In this document: in pieces, positions 28,781-38,385 of the stretch | Position numbering within the stretch: the stretch's first letter is position 1 | How the letters are laid out: every line of letters begins with the position of its first letter | Virus record (IMG/VR): IMGVR_UViG_2974655483_000001 | Coordinates: 1-64,000 of that record | DNA from: a virus | Taxonomy: Duplodnaviria > Caudoviricetes | Strand: one strand, 5' to 3' | DNA length: 64,000 nucleotides | Position numbers and translations under genes: made by a program | The notes under the pieces: generated by a model | The model's database searches: none | What the model was told of the DNA's origin: nothing | The model's input: only the letters and a program-made list of their open reading frames with translations

Positions 28781-29887
28781 ATGAGCACTATTAGAGTAGA
28801 CGAACTTAGAGCATTATCAGATAATGATTTTTCTATCAATGTAAGTCCCAATGATAACTTTGAAATTCAAGGAACTATTGAGTTTGACTCTGGTGCATCT
28901 TTTTCTGTACCTGTAGGAACAACTGCCCAAAGACCTACTTCACCTGTAGGGGGTATGTTGAGGTATAATTCTACACTCGAACGTCTTGAGTTTTATGATG
29001 GAACTGTTTGGCAAAACTTCATTGGTTCTAGTGCTGCACCAAATGGAGCAACAGAAGCAACCGCAGTTACTTCAGTGCAAGCATTATATGACGCTGGACA
29101 AGTAACAGATGGATCATATTGGATTAACTTTGATGGTACTGCTAGGCAATATTTTGTACCATTGAATAGTCATCCATATTATATTCTGATGGGTAACTGG
29201 GGTGGAGGTGCTGATAAGTTTTTTCAAAATGCTAGTGCATTAAGTGGTAATCAACTGAATGGTGTTGGTGATAACACTCCTACGGGAAACTGGGCAAATA
29301 ATGGTACTTATGGATATTATAGACAAGCGGGTGGAAGTGACTTTAAGTACGCTACAATGGATGCTAGGGGTATACAATATCGTTATGTGAAGATGAAATT
29401 CAATCTTTATAACTATCATTCAAATGATGGTGTGACTAGTAGAAACTTTTTAGGTATTACTTCTAGTGTTGGTGATGGCGTGACCATTATGAGAGATGAT
29501 AGTGCTGTAGGTGATGCTCAGCATATTTTTACATATTATAGTGCTATCTCTAATAATGATAGCAATGGTTGTCCTTCTGCAACTCCAACATTTCCCTCAC
29601 ATGTACGGGTAGGAACTAATCCTGGTGGATTTATGGGTAGTAGATTCTGCTGTTTTTCTAGGGAAGGTAGCAGTTATACTACAGAATATGTTAGAAACTT
29701 TACTCCATACGCTGGAGATAGTAGTGGTGGCACTGCACCTAACGCCTTTACTGGTGATGCTTGGTATGAAATGGACTTGAGTATAAACTATCCTCATAAT
29801 TTACATTGTGTCATTCATTCCGATCAAGATTCTGGTAATGAGGACACATATATAAAACGAGGAGTTGTACTCGTTCGTCCTGCATAA
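28781..29887 (+). CDS. fibre protein with a divergent C-terminal binding domain
   Basis: VPVGTTAQRP...GMLRYN; DGSYWINF; AAGGAG RBS places the start at 28781. Confidence 0.7.
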   Translation: MSTIRVDELRALSDNDFSINVSPNDNFEIQGTIEFDSGASFSVPVGTTAQRPTSPVGGMLRYNSTLERLEFYDGTVWQNFIGSSAAPNGATEATAVTSVQALYDAGQVTDGSYWINFDGTARQYFVPLNSHPYYILMGNWGGGADKFFQNASALSGNQLNGVGDNTPTGNWANNGTYGYYRQAGGSDFKYATMDARGIQYRYVKMKFNLYNYHSNDGVTSRNFLGITSSVGDGVTIMRDDSAVGDAQHIFTYYSAISNNDSNGCPSATPTFPSHVRVGTNPGGFMGSRFCCFSREGSSYTTEYVRNFTPYAGDSSGGTAPNAFTGDAWYEMDLSINYPHNLHCVIHSDQDSGNEDTYIKRGVVLVRPA

Positions 29888-29912
29888 ATAATACGAAGGA
29901 AACAGAACCGTA

Positions 29913-31307
29913 ATGTCTCAATTAAATGTTGACAGATTAATATCCTTAGGTGGAGGTGGTGGTACTGCCTACATTCAATTAGAGTCTAGTGGTAACTTTA
30001 ATTTTGATACTGGCACTTTGTATGTTGATAGTACCAATAATGAGGTGGGGATTGGTACTACTACGCCAAGAGCATCTTTAGATATTGCTACTACTGATGG
30101 TATTATCGTACCCGTAGGAACAACTGCTCAAAGACCATCATCACCTATTGAAGGTATATTTAGATATAACTCAACAGACCGAACGTTTGAAGGTTATTCT
30201 TTTAATGAAGGTACTAATGCTGTAGAATGGGGACCAATTGCTGGTGCTGGCGGCGGAACACCTACTCAATCTGCAAGTAGATATAGTCCTGATTATTCCA
30301 GGGGTGCTGTACTAAAATCAGACGGAACTAATGCTTATTGGGATGCTTCTGGTCAGTCAACTGAATGGAGTATGGCAAGAATTTGGACGCATGGATATGT
30401 TGGTGGGGGTTATCAAAGTGGCAGTCCCTGGAATAATGTAAACCGTACTGTTCATTCTACAGACACATCTACAAACCTTGGTAATACTTTAGATAGATCT
30501 GGTGCTTACATGGCAGGGTCATTCTCAGATAATCGTCACTGGTTCCACTCAATGGAGAACACTTATAGAGGTTCTTCTAACTATACATCTGGATTCAGTA
30601 TGACCTCTGAGTCAGGTATTACTCACCAGGCACAATGGGATATGACTGTTAGTAGAGCTTCGATGGGTTCATTCCAAGATTATGAATTCCAAGGAGGATA
30701 TTCATATTTAATTGGTGGTGGTAATGCTAGAACTGATGCATTTAATCTCAAAACTGAGGTTATGAGAACATCTGGATTTCCACCTAATCATGGTGATGGT
30801 GGCGATGACCCTACATGGGGTGGTAACGCAAGACTGAAGGGTTGGTATAAGAGAGCTGGTACTCGTCAAGCATTAATTTGGAATACTGAATCTTGGCAGA
30901 ACTGGACACAAGGACCAGGTGGTGATGGGTGGAAAAAGATTTTAGGCACAATGTTAGGTCACATGTATGTGGGAACTGGTAATAATAATCAAAATGGTAA
31001 CCAGAGAGTTGATGATTCGAGTGGTGTTCAGGTAGGAGGTTTGAACTTTGGTAATATGGGAGAGGAAAACTTCCAGATTGGTATGAGAAAAGGTTATTGT
31101 TTGGGTAACTACAATGGTGCTCAGAATAATAATACCTTCAAGGTGAACTATGCTACTGATGGTTATAATAACCTCGGGGGTTCTTCACCTCCATCGGGTC
31201 ATGGTGGCATGAGTTCTGCTCACTGTTCATCTGCATCTGCTATTTCGGGTGTTGATGACGCTGGAGCAGTTCAGTACGATTACGGCACAAATATTCCTAA
31301 CTACTAA
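29913..31307 (+). CDS. fibre protein with Kelch/beta-propeller-like repeats
   Basis: VGIGTTTP.ASLDI, VPVGTTAQRP..GIFRYN; repeats GYVGGGY, YSYLIGGG, GYCLGNY; CATAAATA upstream. Confidence 0.7.
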   Translation: MSQLNVDRLISLGGGGGTAYIQLESSGNFNFDTGTLYVDSTNNEVGIGTTTPRASLDIATTDGIIVPVGTTAQRPSSPIEGIFRYNSTDRTFEGYSFNEGTNAVEWGPIAGAGGGTPTQSASRYSPDYSRGAVLKSDGTNAYWDASGQSTEWSMARIWTHGYVGGGYQSGSPWNNVNRTVHSTDTSTNLGNTLDRSGAYMAGSFSDNRHWFHSMENTYRGSSNYTSGFSMTSESGITHQAQWDMTVSRASMGSFQDYEFQGGYSYLIGGGNARTDAFNLKTEVMRTSGFPPNHGDGGDDPTWGGNARLKGWYKRAGTRQALIWNTESWQNWTQGPGGDGWKKILGTMLGHMYVGTGNNNQNGNQRVDDSSGVQVGGLNFGNMGEENFQIGMRKGYCLGNYNGAQNNNTFKVNYATDGYNNLGGSSPPSGHGGMSSAHCSSASAISGVDDAGAVQYDYGTNIPNY

Positions 31308-32062
31308 TGAATAATCAAAACGACGTTATTGTCATCGACTTAGAAAAGTTTCCTCATCTGGATGATTGGGGAACAAAACTTGGTGGTCATCTTGGGTTAG
31401 AATATTTTTACTTAGAAGATGAATATTTTGATTATATCCCTCAGTATGTAAACTATCTGCGTTTTCCTTCAAAGGAAGGGACTTTAGGTTCAAAGTATTG
31501 GGGTGAATCTAGGACTACAAGATCCGAATATGGTGAAAATGAAGAAGGAACGACACAAAAAGATAAAGTTGGCGTTGATAATGAATTAGTCAGAACATAC
31601 ACTATTCCTTTTATGAAGAGTGTGATGCGTCTTAAAGTGCAAGAGATTTTTGAAAAAAGATATAACGAACTACGCACTAAATACAGTGTATTGGAGGATG
31701 CAACCTGGCAAGACCAGTTATCAGAATCCAAGGCGTATCTTGAAGATGAGACTACTGCTGTCGCATTAATCAATAGATTAGCAGAGATTAGAGGATTGAC
31801 AACCAAGGAGTTTGCTACTATAGTGGTAGAGAAACAAACTGATTGGAAAACTAAGTTGTATGATCTTGCTGTGCAAGAACAAACTATCCTCGCTAAAATC
31901 AAAAAGTGCTTTAATGTTGCTGATGCAAATGTTTTTCTTGAAGATTACTTCGGCATTGAAATGTCGAGTCAACAATGTTTAGAATTTAATAGATGTGAAA
32001 AAAATGATGAAACAGGACTCATTACAAGAAAAGAACCCTTCAAGTACGGACTCAGGTTCTAA
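31307..32062 (+). CDS. tail fibre assembly chaperone-like protein
   Basis: YS.LE..TW..Q..E..AY.......LI..LA..RGL...EFA..V..K resembles phage fibre-assembly proteins. Confidence 0.55.
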   Translation: MNNQNDVIVIDLEKFPHLDDWGTKLGGHLGLEYFYLEDEYFDYIPQYVNYLRFPSKEGTLGSKYWGESRTTRSEYGENEEGTTQKDKVGVDNELVRTYTIPFMKSVMRLKVQEIFEKRYNELRTKYSVLEDATWQDQLSESKAYLEDETTAVALINRLAEIRGLTTKEFATIVVEKQTDWKTKLYDLAVQEQTILAKIKKCFNVADANVFLEDYFGIEMSSQQCLEFNRCEKNDETGLITRKEPFKYGLRF

Positions 32063-32876
32063 TCAACCGAATCTTCCTATTAGTAAAACATTGGAAGATT
32101 TGAAAGATATTTCTGCTTGGGAAGTTGAAAACTCTGATGTAGCATTAATGCAGTGGGCAGATCAAATCCCATTTGGTCAAAGCGAATTTCAAAATCGTTA
32201 TTATGTAATCAATTCACAAATAACTCCATGGAGACAATTGCGTCAAGCAATTATGGAGTTACAAGCACGAACAAATAGTCTGCAAAAGATTACAGTACAG
32301 TATAGACGTAATCTTAATGATATGGCGCGTCTTGAAAGTGAGATTGCTGAAGAAGAAAACGAATTTACAAAAACTGATCTTGAGTGTCAACTCGAAATCT
32401 GTAGACTTGACACACAAGTATGGATGAATAAAATCCGTCAGTGTAAAGAAGAAACCGATGGTATTTTGACTATCATCAAAGAACGCACTGATTGTGAAGA
32501 TTTGGATGCTGTCATTGCAACATTTGAAGACCCTGCTATTATTGAAGCAGAAGAGCATAAGTATTGGATTGCTCGTATGGCAAAACAGTGTGCTATTGAT
32601 TTATTAACTACTGGTAGAGTTCAATCAGGTAACTTAGAAAGTATGTTGATGATGAAACCTGAAGACCAGGCAGCAATCACTGATCTTGCTCTTACATACT
32701 CTACTGCAATGAATCATTCTATTGGAAAGTTCAAAGAGATTGCAGAAGATAAAGTAGAAAATATGCTGTCAGGTCGTGGACCTGAAATGTTTGACACCTC
32801 TGGAATATTCACTGATTATGCTATCAACAACATCGCAAACCGCAGTCTTCAGTCTTCCGATCAACCCGAAACTTGA
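31995..32876 (+). CDS. coiled-coil hypothetical protein of the fibre cluster
   Basis: QSEFQ...VI..Q.TPWRQLRQ..MEL..R; E.KYWI.R..KQ...D....G....GNL. Confidence 0.7.
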   Translation: MKKMMKQDSLQEKNPSSTDSGSNQPNLPISKTLEDLKDISAWEVENSDVALMQWADQIPFGQSEFQNRYYVINSQITPWRQLRQAIMELQARTNSLQKITVQYRRNLNDMARLESEIAEEENEFTKTDLECQLEICRLDTQVWMNKIRQCKEETDGILTIIKERTDCEDLDAVIATFEDPAIIEAEEHKYWIARMAKQCAIDLLTTGRVQSGNLESMLMMKPEDQAAITDLALTYSTAMNHSIGKFKEIAEDKVENMLSGRGPEMFDTSGIFTDYAINNIANRSLQSSDQPET

Positions 32877-34542
32877 TCCAGAGTATATTGAGGAGAGTTT
32901 TATTCCTTTCCTCAATAAACATAAGCATTTAATTTACGACTTATATTTCACATCAAGGATGCCTCCATTCGTACAAGATGCGATGGGGGATGTTTTTCGT
33001 ACAACAAAGAATGCTCAGGGTGCTGCTAAAAACTCACTGTATATTATGCAGGAGACAGGTATTCCTCTGTCTGCTACATTCAATAACATATGGGTAAGAC
33101 CTGACCAAAAGAACTTAAATCTATGGATTGATAACTTTAAGTTTCTATATGATGCTGGTGTTAGAACTGTTACTCTTCCTCATACATCTTGGGTGATGAC
33201 AGGACAAATTCAGAAAGAATATCCTGACTTAAAGATTAAGAATACTATTCTTCGTGAGGTAGTTAAACCAAACGAGATTGTTACTCTTGCTAGTTCTGGG
33301 TTTCATTATATTAACTTGGATCGTGATATTATGAGGGACCAAGATGCCTTGGTTCGTATCATGGACGCGAAGAAGTATTGTGCAGAGAAAGGAACTCCCG
33401 TAGAGTTTTCATTGTTAGCTAATGAGCATTGTTGGGGTGGTTGCCCTATCATGCCAGAGCATTATCAATACAATAGTACACGTCAGGGCACAGAACCTCA
33501 GTATTTTAACAGCGAGATCAGTCGTATTTCATGCTCACGATGGGATGAATATGATTCGGCAACAGAACTTAAGCGTGCTAATATACCGCCCTGGAGAGAC
33601 GATTGGCAATGGTTTCTAGATAATGGCATAGATGTATTCAAACTGCACGGCAGAGAGGATGCTATGCGTCTTAGAGAGTCCATGGATATTATTGAACGGT
33701 GGGAAAATGGCGATGAGATGATGTTTCCTGACTTTGATAAGTATATGCAGGATGTTGATATGCCTGATGCGCCTATTAATATCTGGAGACAGAAGATTAA
33801 GACATGTAAGTTTGACTGTTGGGATTGCAACTATTGCGAGTCCGTGATACAATCTAAATTAAAGAAGCAAAATCGTACAATGAATCCTCTTGTAGAAAGA
33901 GTTACTCGTGCCATCGATGGTGCAGTTGATAATAACTCTAATTTTAATCCAACTGATTATGATATTGTTGGTCTGTCTTCTGACAAAGTAAGACATTTCC
34001 TTAACAACCTTCTTAGTGAGCGTGGAACAGTATATGCCGATGTTGGTTGTTATACTGGTAGCACATTATTTGCTGCTATCATGGGTAATACTGCTGTAAA
34101 AGCATATGCTATCGATGATTTTTCAGATTCTACGATGAAACCAATGCGTAAGGAACTTCAAGAAGACTTTGAGGTTGATAATCCTGCTGAAATATTTGTG
34201 CAAAACTATGAGAAGTGGCAGAATCCAAATGCTGCTGTTGGATTAGTTGTTAAACCTATCTCTCAGGTAGTATTTAATCCAGAGTATCCTCCTGAGGTTC
34301 TATTTTATGATGCTGAGAATGATCCTAAACGAATGCAACCAAATCTAGAGTATCTTCACAATCAATGTGCTGATTCTTATATTCTTGTTGTTGATGATGC
34401 AAACTTTGAAGGAGTTGTATCATGTACTGATGCGTTCTTAAGTGATAAGAATGTTATTTACAAGAGATTGATTACAACTGAGACGCCTGAAGATGCTAAC
34501 GATTGGTGGAATGGTGTGTATATTATGGTGATTGAAAAGTGA
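32818..34542 (+). CDS. U32-family (Fe-S hydroxylase-like) / class I SAM methyltransferase fusion
   Basis: INLDRDI.RD, NEHCWGGCP, ISC, FKLHGRE, CKFDCWDCNYC; then DVGCYTGST, AIDDF, FYDA, VVDD, WWNG. Confidence 0.7.
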   Translation: MLSTTSQTAVFSLPINPKLDPEYIEESFIPFLNKHKHLIYDLYFTSRMPPFVQDAMGDVFRTTKNAQGAAKNSLYIMQETGIPLSATFNNIWVRPDQKNLNLWIDNFKFLYDAGVRTVTLPHTSWVMTGQIQKEYPDLKIKNTILREVVKPNEIVTLASSGFHYINLDRDIMRDQDALVRIMDAKKYCAEKGTPVEFSLLANEHCWGGCPIMPEHYQYNSTRQGTEPQYFNSEISRISCSRWDEYDSATELKRANIPPWRDDWQWFLDNGIDVFKLHGREDAMRLRESMDIIERWENGDEMMFPDFDKYMQDVDMPDAPINIWRQKIKTCKFDCWDCNYCESVIQSKLKKQNRTMNPLVERVTRAIDGAVDNNSNFNPTDYDIVGLSSDKVRHFLNNLLSERGTVYADVGCYTGSTLFAAIMGNTAVKAYAIDDFSDSTMKPMRKELQEDFEVDNPAEIFVQNYEKWQNPNAAVGLVVKPISQVVFNPEYPPEVLFYDAENDPKRMQPNLEYLHNQCADSYILVVDDANFEGVVSCTDAFLSDKNVIYKRLITTETPEDANDWWNGVYIMVIEK

Positions 34543-35039
34543 TAGATGTTGTTGATAACTTTTTAACTAGGTTGGAGTTTGAACATATTCAAAAATCTAT
34601 GCTAGGTGATTTCTTTACTTGGAATATCTCTAAGATTGTTGACGATACTACTGATAACTATAATAGAAATGTGCAAATGGTTCATATGTTTTATGGACGA
34701 CATTCTCCAGTTGATGATAGTATTGGGTTACTATATCCTATACTCCAGAAACTACAACCATGTGCATTACTAAAAATAAAAGCAAACTTTTTGGTTGGTG
34801 TAGATAATATTGTTGAACATGGTTTGCATAATGATATTTTAGATGCTGAAGATCGTCCCTATCTAAGGACATCTATCTTTTATATGAACACCTGCAATGG
34901 TTACACATTGTTTGAAGATGGCACTAAAGTTGAATCAGTAGCAAATAGGATAGTAACATTTCCAAACAGCACAAAGCATACGGGAACAACTACAACTGAT
35001 TCAGAATACAGGATGGTAATTAACTTTAACTATGTTTAG
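34539..35039 (+). CDS. 2OG-Fe(II) oxygenase
   Basis: VDNFL, LHND, FYMNTCNGYT.F, S.ANR.V.F....H.G......R.VINFNY. Confidence 0.85.
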   Translation: MIDVVDNFLTRLEFEHIQKSMLGDFFTWNISKIVDDTTDNYNRNVQMVHMFYGRHSPVDDSIGLLYPILQKLQPCALLKIKANFLVGVDNIVEHGLHNDILDAEDRPYLRTSIFYMNTCNGYTLFEDGTKVESVANRIVTFPNSTKHTGTTTTDSEYRMVINFNYV

Positions 35040-35108
35040 TGTGCCAGTTGAAACAAGTGGCACAAGAGGGGTTGCGACCCCTCTTTTTTCATGCTATATT
35101 ACATAGGT
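35040..35108 (+). promoter_or_regulatory. palindrome + terminator hairpin + early promoter (repeat copy 1)
   Basis: TGTGCCAGTT-GAAAC-AAGTGGCACA; hairpin AAGAGGGGT-TGCG-ACCCCTCTT-TTTT; TTGCGA-17-TATATT. Confidence 0.75.
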
Positions 35109-35125
35109 AAACAAATGACAGGATC

Positions 35126-35329
35126 ATGCCTCAATTCACTCTCATCTGTACCGATGAAGATTCGACAGTAACAACTAAAGAATTTGAAGCAACTATCCTA
35201 GAAGATGTTGTAGACAAGACAGAAGACTTTTTGAAGGGTGTTGGTTATTGTTTTGAACAACTACGCACACAAGTGTACCCTCTCCCCGAAATTGATGACA
35301 TTCGTTCAATTTACAAGGATGTAGACTGA
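35126..35329 (+). CDS. hypothetical early protein
   Basis: T.EFEA..L.DVV...EDFLKG.GY; follows promoter. Confidence 0.65.
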   Translation: MPQFTLICTDEDSTVTTKEFEATILEDVVDKTEDFLKGVGYCFEQLRTQVYPLPEIDDIRSIYKDVD

Positions 35330-35368
35330 TACATATTAATGTAATTTATCATTGATCATTTCATTACA

Positions 35369-35566
35369 ATGGGTAAAACTTTTCGGCGTGGCGGAAGCGA
35401 GCGAGGGTACTATTCTCCTGGCAAATCAATCCGTGATAAGCGAGCAAAAGGCGGCACTAATCGTTCACCAAGATCAGAAGAAAACTATGACGATTTCCAA
35501 ACTAAAGGAAACAAAAAAGGAAAAAAGTTCAACTCTGAACTTGACAATGATACTGGATGGTACTGA
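35369..35566 (+). CDS. small basic protein
   Basis: MGKTFRRGG...GKSIRDKR. Confidence 0.6.
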   Translation: MGKTFRRGGSERGYYSPGKSIRDKRAKGGTNRSPRSEENYDDFQTKGNKKGKKFNSELDNDTGWY

Positions 35567-35619
35567 AACTGACTTGGAAGAATTGGAATTTGATGATTAT
35601 TCTGAGATAGATTACGATC

Positions 35620-35832
35620 TTGACTTCGCCGTACAGTATTAATTCCATGGACTTTGATAAAGAATCGCAAGACATTAAGTTCAACCGAGGACTTGATTTG
35701 TTCATGGAATCTGTCCTTAAACCAGACAGTAAGTTGCGTGAGTGTGCTCACAACCAAAAATGTTACACCGAACTGATGTATGTCCGTTCTTATGTTCTTG
35801 ATTATCTAAAAACTCTAAGAAGAGACGACTGA
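35620..35832 (+). CDS. hypothetical cyanophage protein
   Basis: FNRGLDLF.ESVLKPD.KLR.CAHNQ.CY.ELM. Confidence 0.7.
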   Translation: MTSPYSINSMDFDKESQDIKFNRGLDLFMESVLKPDSKLRECAHNQKCYTELMYVRSYVLDYLKTLRRDD

Positions 35833-36029
35833 TGCAATTTCTACACTCAGCAATCCTTAATATGGATGAGAAGGTGGTACTAAAGGATGCGTTGCTTCTG
35901 TATGTTTCCGACATACAGAAACGATACTACGCTGATGGTGCAATTCCTGAAGATGTGTATCTAAGTAAGATGGAACACATAAAAGAAATAGTTGAAACAT
36001 TACATTTAAGTGAGTTATATCGCCAATGA
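35832..36029 (+). CDS. hypothetical protein
   Basis: Translationally coupled ORF. Confidence 0.6.
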   Translation: MQFLHSAILNMDEKVVLKDALLLYVSDIQKRYYADGAIPEDVYLSKMEHIKEIVETLHLSELYRQ

Positions 36030-36652
36030 GTATTGAAATGTTCTGTCCCCAATGGTATTACATTGGGACAGTTTCTGATGAGAATCAAACGTCTATTAGA
36101 GAATTGTTTGATGAGTTCTTATCAATTGAGGATAACTTTACACAACCAGATGAATGGAAGTGTACTGTAAAAAGTTCATATAATAATCCAGGAAACAATA
36201 CTGCTCCTTGGACAGAGTTTCTGTCATTAATAGATGAGCAGATTGATGAGTTTATGAATGGTATGTCTCCAACTGTTGATGTAACATTAATACCCAAAGA
36301 AGCATGGGTTAATAAGTATCCAAAGGGTGGTTTCCAAGAATATCACGATCACTCTGTGCCTAACTGTAACTTAAGTATGGTTTATTTCTTTACAGAATTT
36401 GACGATACTGTCTTTAGGTTCTATAATAACGAGGATTCTAAATATAAATCATCAGGATTAAAGCAGGTGTTCACTATTCCTAGTGCAAATGCAATTATTC
36501 CTAAAGTACATCAAGGAGATGTTATGATCTTTCCGTCATTCTATCCCCATTATGTGTGTCCCAATGGCAATGATGAAGAAAGGATTACATTTTCTGCTAA
36601 CTTCCTTGTGACACCTCAAGAACCTGCACAGGGTTCCCCCCAAACTCCCTAA
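36026..36652 (+). CDS. 2OG-Fe(II) oxygenase (TIGR02466-like)
   Basis: W.N.Y..G.FQEYHDH, LS.VY, G...IFPS...H.V.PN....RIT.S.N. Confidence 0.85.
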   Translation: MSIEMFCPQWYYIGTVSDENQTSIRELFDEFLSIEDNFTQPDEWKCTVKSSYNNPGNNTAPWTEFLSLIDEQIDEFMNGMSPTVDVTLIPKEAWVNKYPKGGFQEYHDHSVPNCNLSMVYFFTEFDDTVFRFYNNEDSKYKSSGLKQVFTIPSANAIIPKVHQGDVMIFPSFYPHYVCPNGNDEERITFSANFLVTPQEPAQGSPQTP

Positions 36653-36668
36653 TCTATGCAATACTAAT
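36607..36668 (+). promoter_or_regulatory. degenerate palindrome + promoter (repeat copy 2)
   Basis: TGTGACAC...CTGCACA; CCCCCCAAA in place of -35; TGCAATACT. Confidence 0.5.
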
Positions 36669-36669
36669 A

Positions 36670-36846
36670 ATGTTGGAGAAAGAAATCCGCCTATTGAACA
36701 AAGTCATCAAGAAAGGCGAAAGTGGTGAAGTCAGATATTCTGACGATGAACTGCACAGACTCAAGCAAAAACGTCGCCAGTTGAAAAACTGGAAACAATC
36801 AGCAATCACCTCACAAAACAATGGATTCGGTCAGTATGTTCAGTGA
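36670..36846 (+). CDS. hypothetical 58 aa protein (possibly leaderless)
   Basis: Translated by hand: MLEKEIRLLNKVIKKG...YSDDEL...GFGQYVQ*. Confidence 0.5.
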   Translation: MLEKEIRLLNKVIKKGESGEVRYSDDELHRLKQKRRQLKNWKQSAITSQNNGFGQYVQ

Positions 36847-36963
36847 TGAAACCTTCAATGTCCAATGGGATTCAAAGGACAAAGTACAAATTGAGGAAGA
36901 CGATTGGGTCTCTTCTATTCTTGGAACTGAAGAAGATGCAATCTACGATGTGTTAGCGGAACT

Positions 36964-37155
36964 ATGATTGGACTACGAGTTAGGATTAGACCCAAGAGCA
37001 GAGATGCTATTGAAAAGTTTAGATATGACATGAAGCGTAACAATGTGATGTATGTCACTGATCGTAAACGCTTGTGGCATCTATTTAATCCTGACTCGGG
37101 TATTAACTTATGGGTACACCCCACAGACGATCCTAACTGGGAAATTATTCGATGA
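36964..37155 (+). CDS. hypothetical early protein
   Basis: V.I.PKS..A..KF...M...WV....DP.W. Confidence 0.6.
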   Translation: MIGLRVRIRPKSRDAIEKFRYDMKRNNVMYVTDRKRLWHLFNPDSGINLWVHPTDDPNWEIIR

Positions 37156-37310
37156 AAGACTATGATCGTTGGCGTATTCTCTGGAAGAAAGAGAAGAAAC
37201 CAGGATTTTATGCAACTCAAGAAGTTGTAGTTTATGGAATGCACAATGTTGAATATGTAATTGACAATGTTGTGCCAGAAAATGTAAACTGGGATGTTCT
37301 CCCAGCGTGA
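37152..37310 (+). CDS. hypothetical 52 aa protein
   Basis: MKDYDRWRILWKKEKK...NWDVLPA*; stop lies within the repeat. Confidence 0.55.
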   Translation: MKDYDRWRILWKKEKKPGFYATQEVVVYGMHNVEYVIDNVVPENVNWDVLPA

Positions 37311-37380
37311 CAGTCGCTGAACTGGTCGGGCACCCTTGACGCGGTGCCTTTTTTGTGCCATACTATAAGAGTCAAAGGAA
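37307..37380 (+). promoter_or_regulatory. palindrome + early promoter (repeat copy 3)
   Basis: GTGACAGT..AACTGGTC; TTGACG-17-CATACT; ATAAGAGTCAAAGGAA. Confidence 0.85.
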
Positions 37381-37384
37381 ACGC

Positions 37385-37564
37385 ATGATTTTTGATTTTG
37401 AAACTGAGTATCATTGGGGTGCTCTCATGGTCAAACTTGTTCCTATGTTTGCCATGGATGTTTACAAAGCATCCGATGATGAATTAGTATGGGTCTTTGA
37501 TGTGAACAATCCCAAGAATGGGTATCATGTCCCCGCTCGCAATCTCTCCACCTATTCTTATTAA
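37385..37564 (+). CDS. hypothetical early protein
   Basis: ATG after the repeat's AAGGA RBS. Confidence 0.6.
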   Translation: MIFDFETEYHWGALMVKLVPMFAMDVYKASDDELVWVFDVNNPKNGYHVPARNLSTYSY

Positions 37565-37566
37565 TT

Positions 37567-38385
37567 ATGCGTAAACCATTCCTTAAGTGGGCAGGTAACA
37601 AGTATAGAGTTCTAGAGCATTTACTGCCTCTGATTGGTACTCCAAAAACATATGTCGAACCTTTCGCTGGTAGTTGTGCAGCAGCATTAAATGTTGATGC
37701 CAAACAATATGTGATGAATGATATTAATGCTGATCTTATCAATCTTTACAAGTACCTGACTAATCCAAACGACGGCAGTTTTATTCAACACTGTGGCGAC
37801 TTCTTTCATCACCAGAAGAATGACAAGGAAGAATATATTACACTTCGTAAGTATTTCAACGACAGCACTGATACACTAGAACGTTCACGCCTGTTTGTAT
37901 ATCTCAATCGTCACTGTTTCAATGGTCTGACTCGATACAATTCGAGTGGTGGTTTTAATGTGCCATTTGGTAAGATGAAGAATCCAATGTTACCTAGCAC
38001 AGCAATGATGGACTTTCGTATGTATTTTCTCATGCGTCAGCATATCTTTGCTAACGTACACTTTGATGATGACCGTTTATATACAGGACTAGGATCTGGT
38101 GATGTAGTATACATGGACCCTCCCTATGTTCCTGCCTCTGATACTGCTAACTTTGCAAGTTATGCCAAGGAAGGGTTCGCATATGATGAGCAAGTTGCAC
38201 TGGTAAAGAGAGCAGAATCTCTTGCTAGTCAGGGTGCTAAAGTTATCGTTAGCAACCATGATACTGACGTTAGTAGAGAACTATACAAAAATGCAGAAAT
38301 CTATCCGTTGCAGGTGTCCCGTAGCATCTCTGCCAAGGGCAGCAGCAGAAAAAAAGCAAATGAACTTATTGCAGTCTATTCATGA
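37567..38385 (+). CDS. dam: DNA adenine methyltransferase (Dam/D12 class)
   Basis: LKWAG.K, VEPFAGS, NDIN..LIN, YLNR.CFNGL.RYN..G.FNVPFG, DPPY. Confidence 0.95.
   Translation: MRKPFLKWAGNKYRVLEHLLPLIGTPKTYVEPFAGSCAAALNVDAKQYVMNDINADLINLYKYLTNPNDGSFIQHCGDFFHHQKNDKEEYITLRKYFNDSTDTLERSRLFVYLNRHCFNGLTRYNSSGGFNVPFGKMKNPMLPSTAMMDFRMYFLMRQHIFANVHFDDDRLYTGLGSGDVVYMDPPYVPASDTANFASYAKEGFAYDEQVALVKRAESLASQGAKVIVSNHDTDVSRELYKNAEIYPLQVSRSISAKGSSRKKANELIAVYS

Noticed and set aside
27097-31307. Diversity-generating retroelement acting on fibre tips
   Set aside because: No reverse transcriptase and no near-identical template/variable repeat pair seen in the window.
32818-34542. Calling the U32 protein a collagenase/protease
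   Set aside because: That is a legacy family name; the Cys clusters and methyltransferase fusion fit an Fe-S modification enzyme better.
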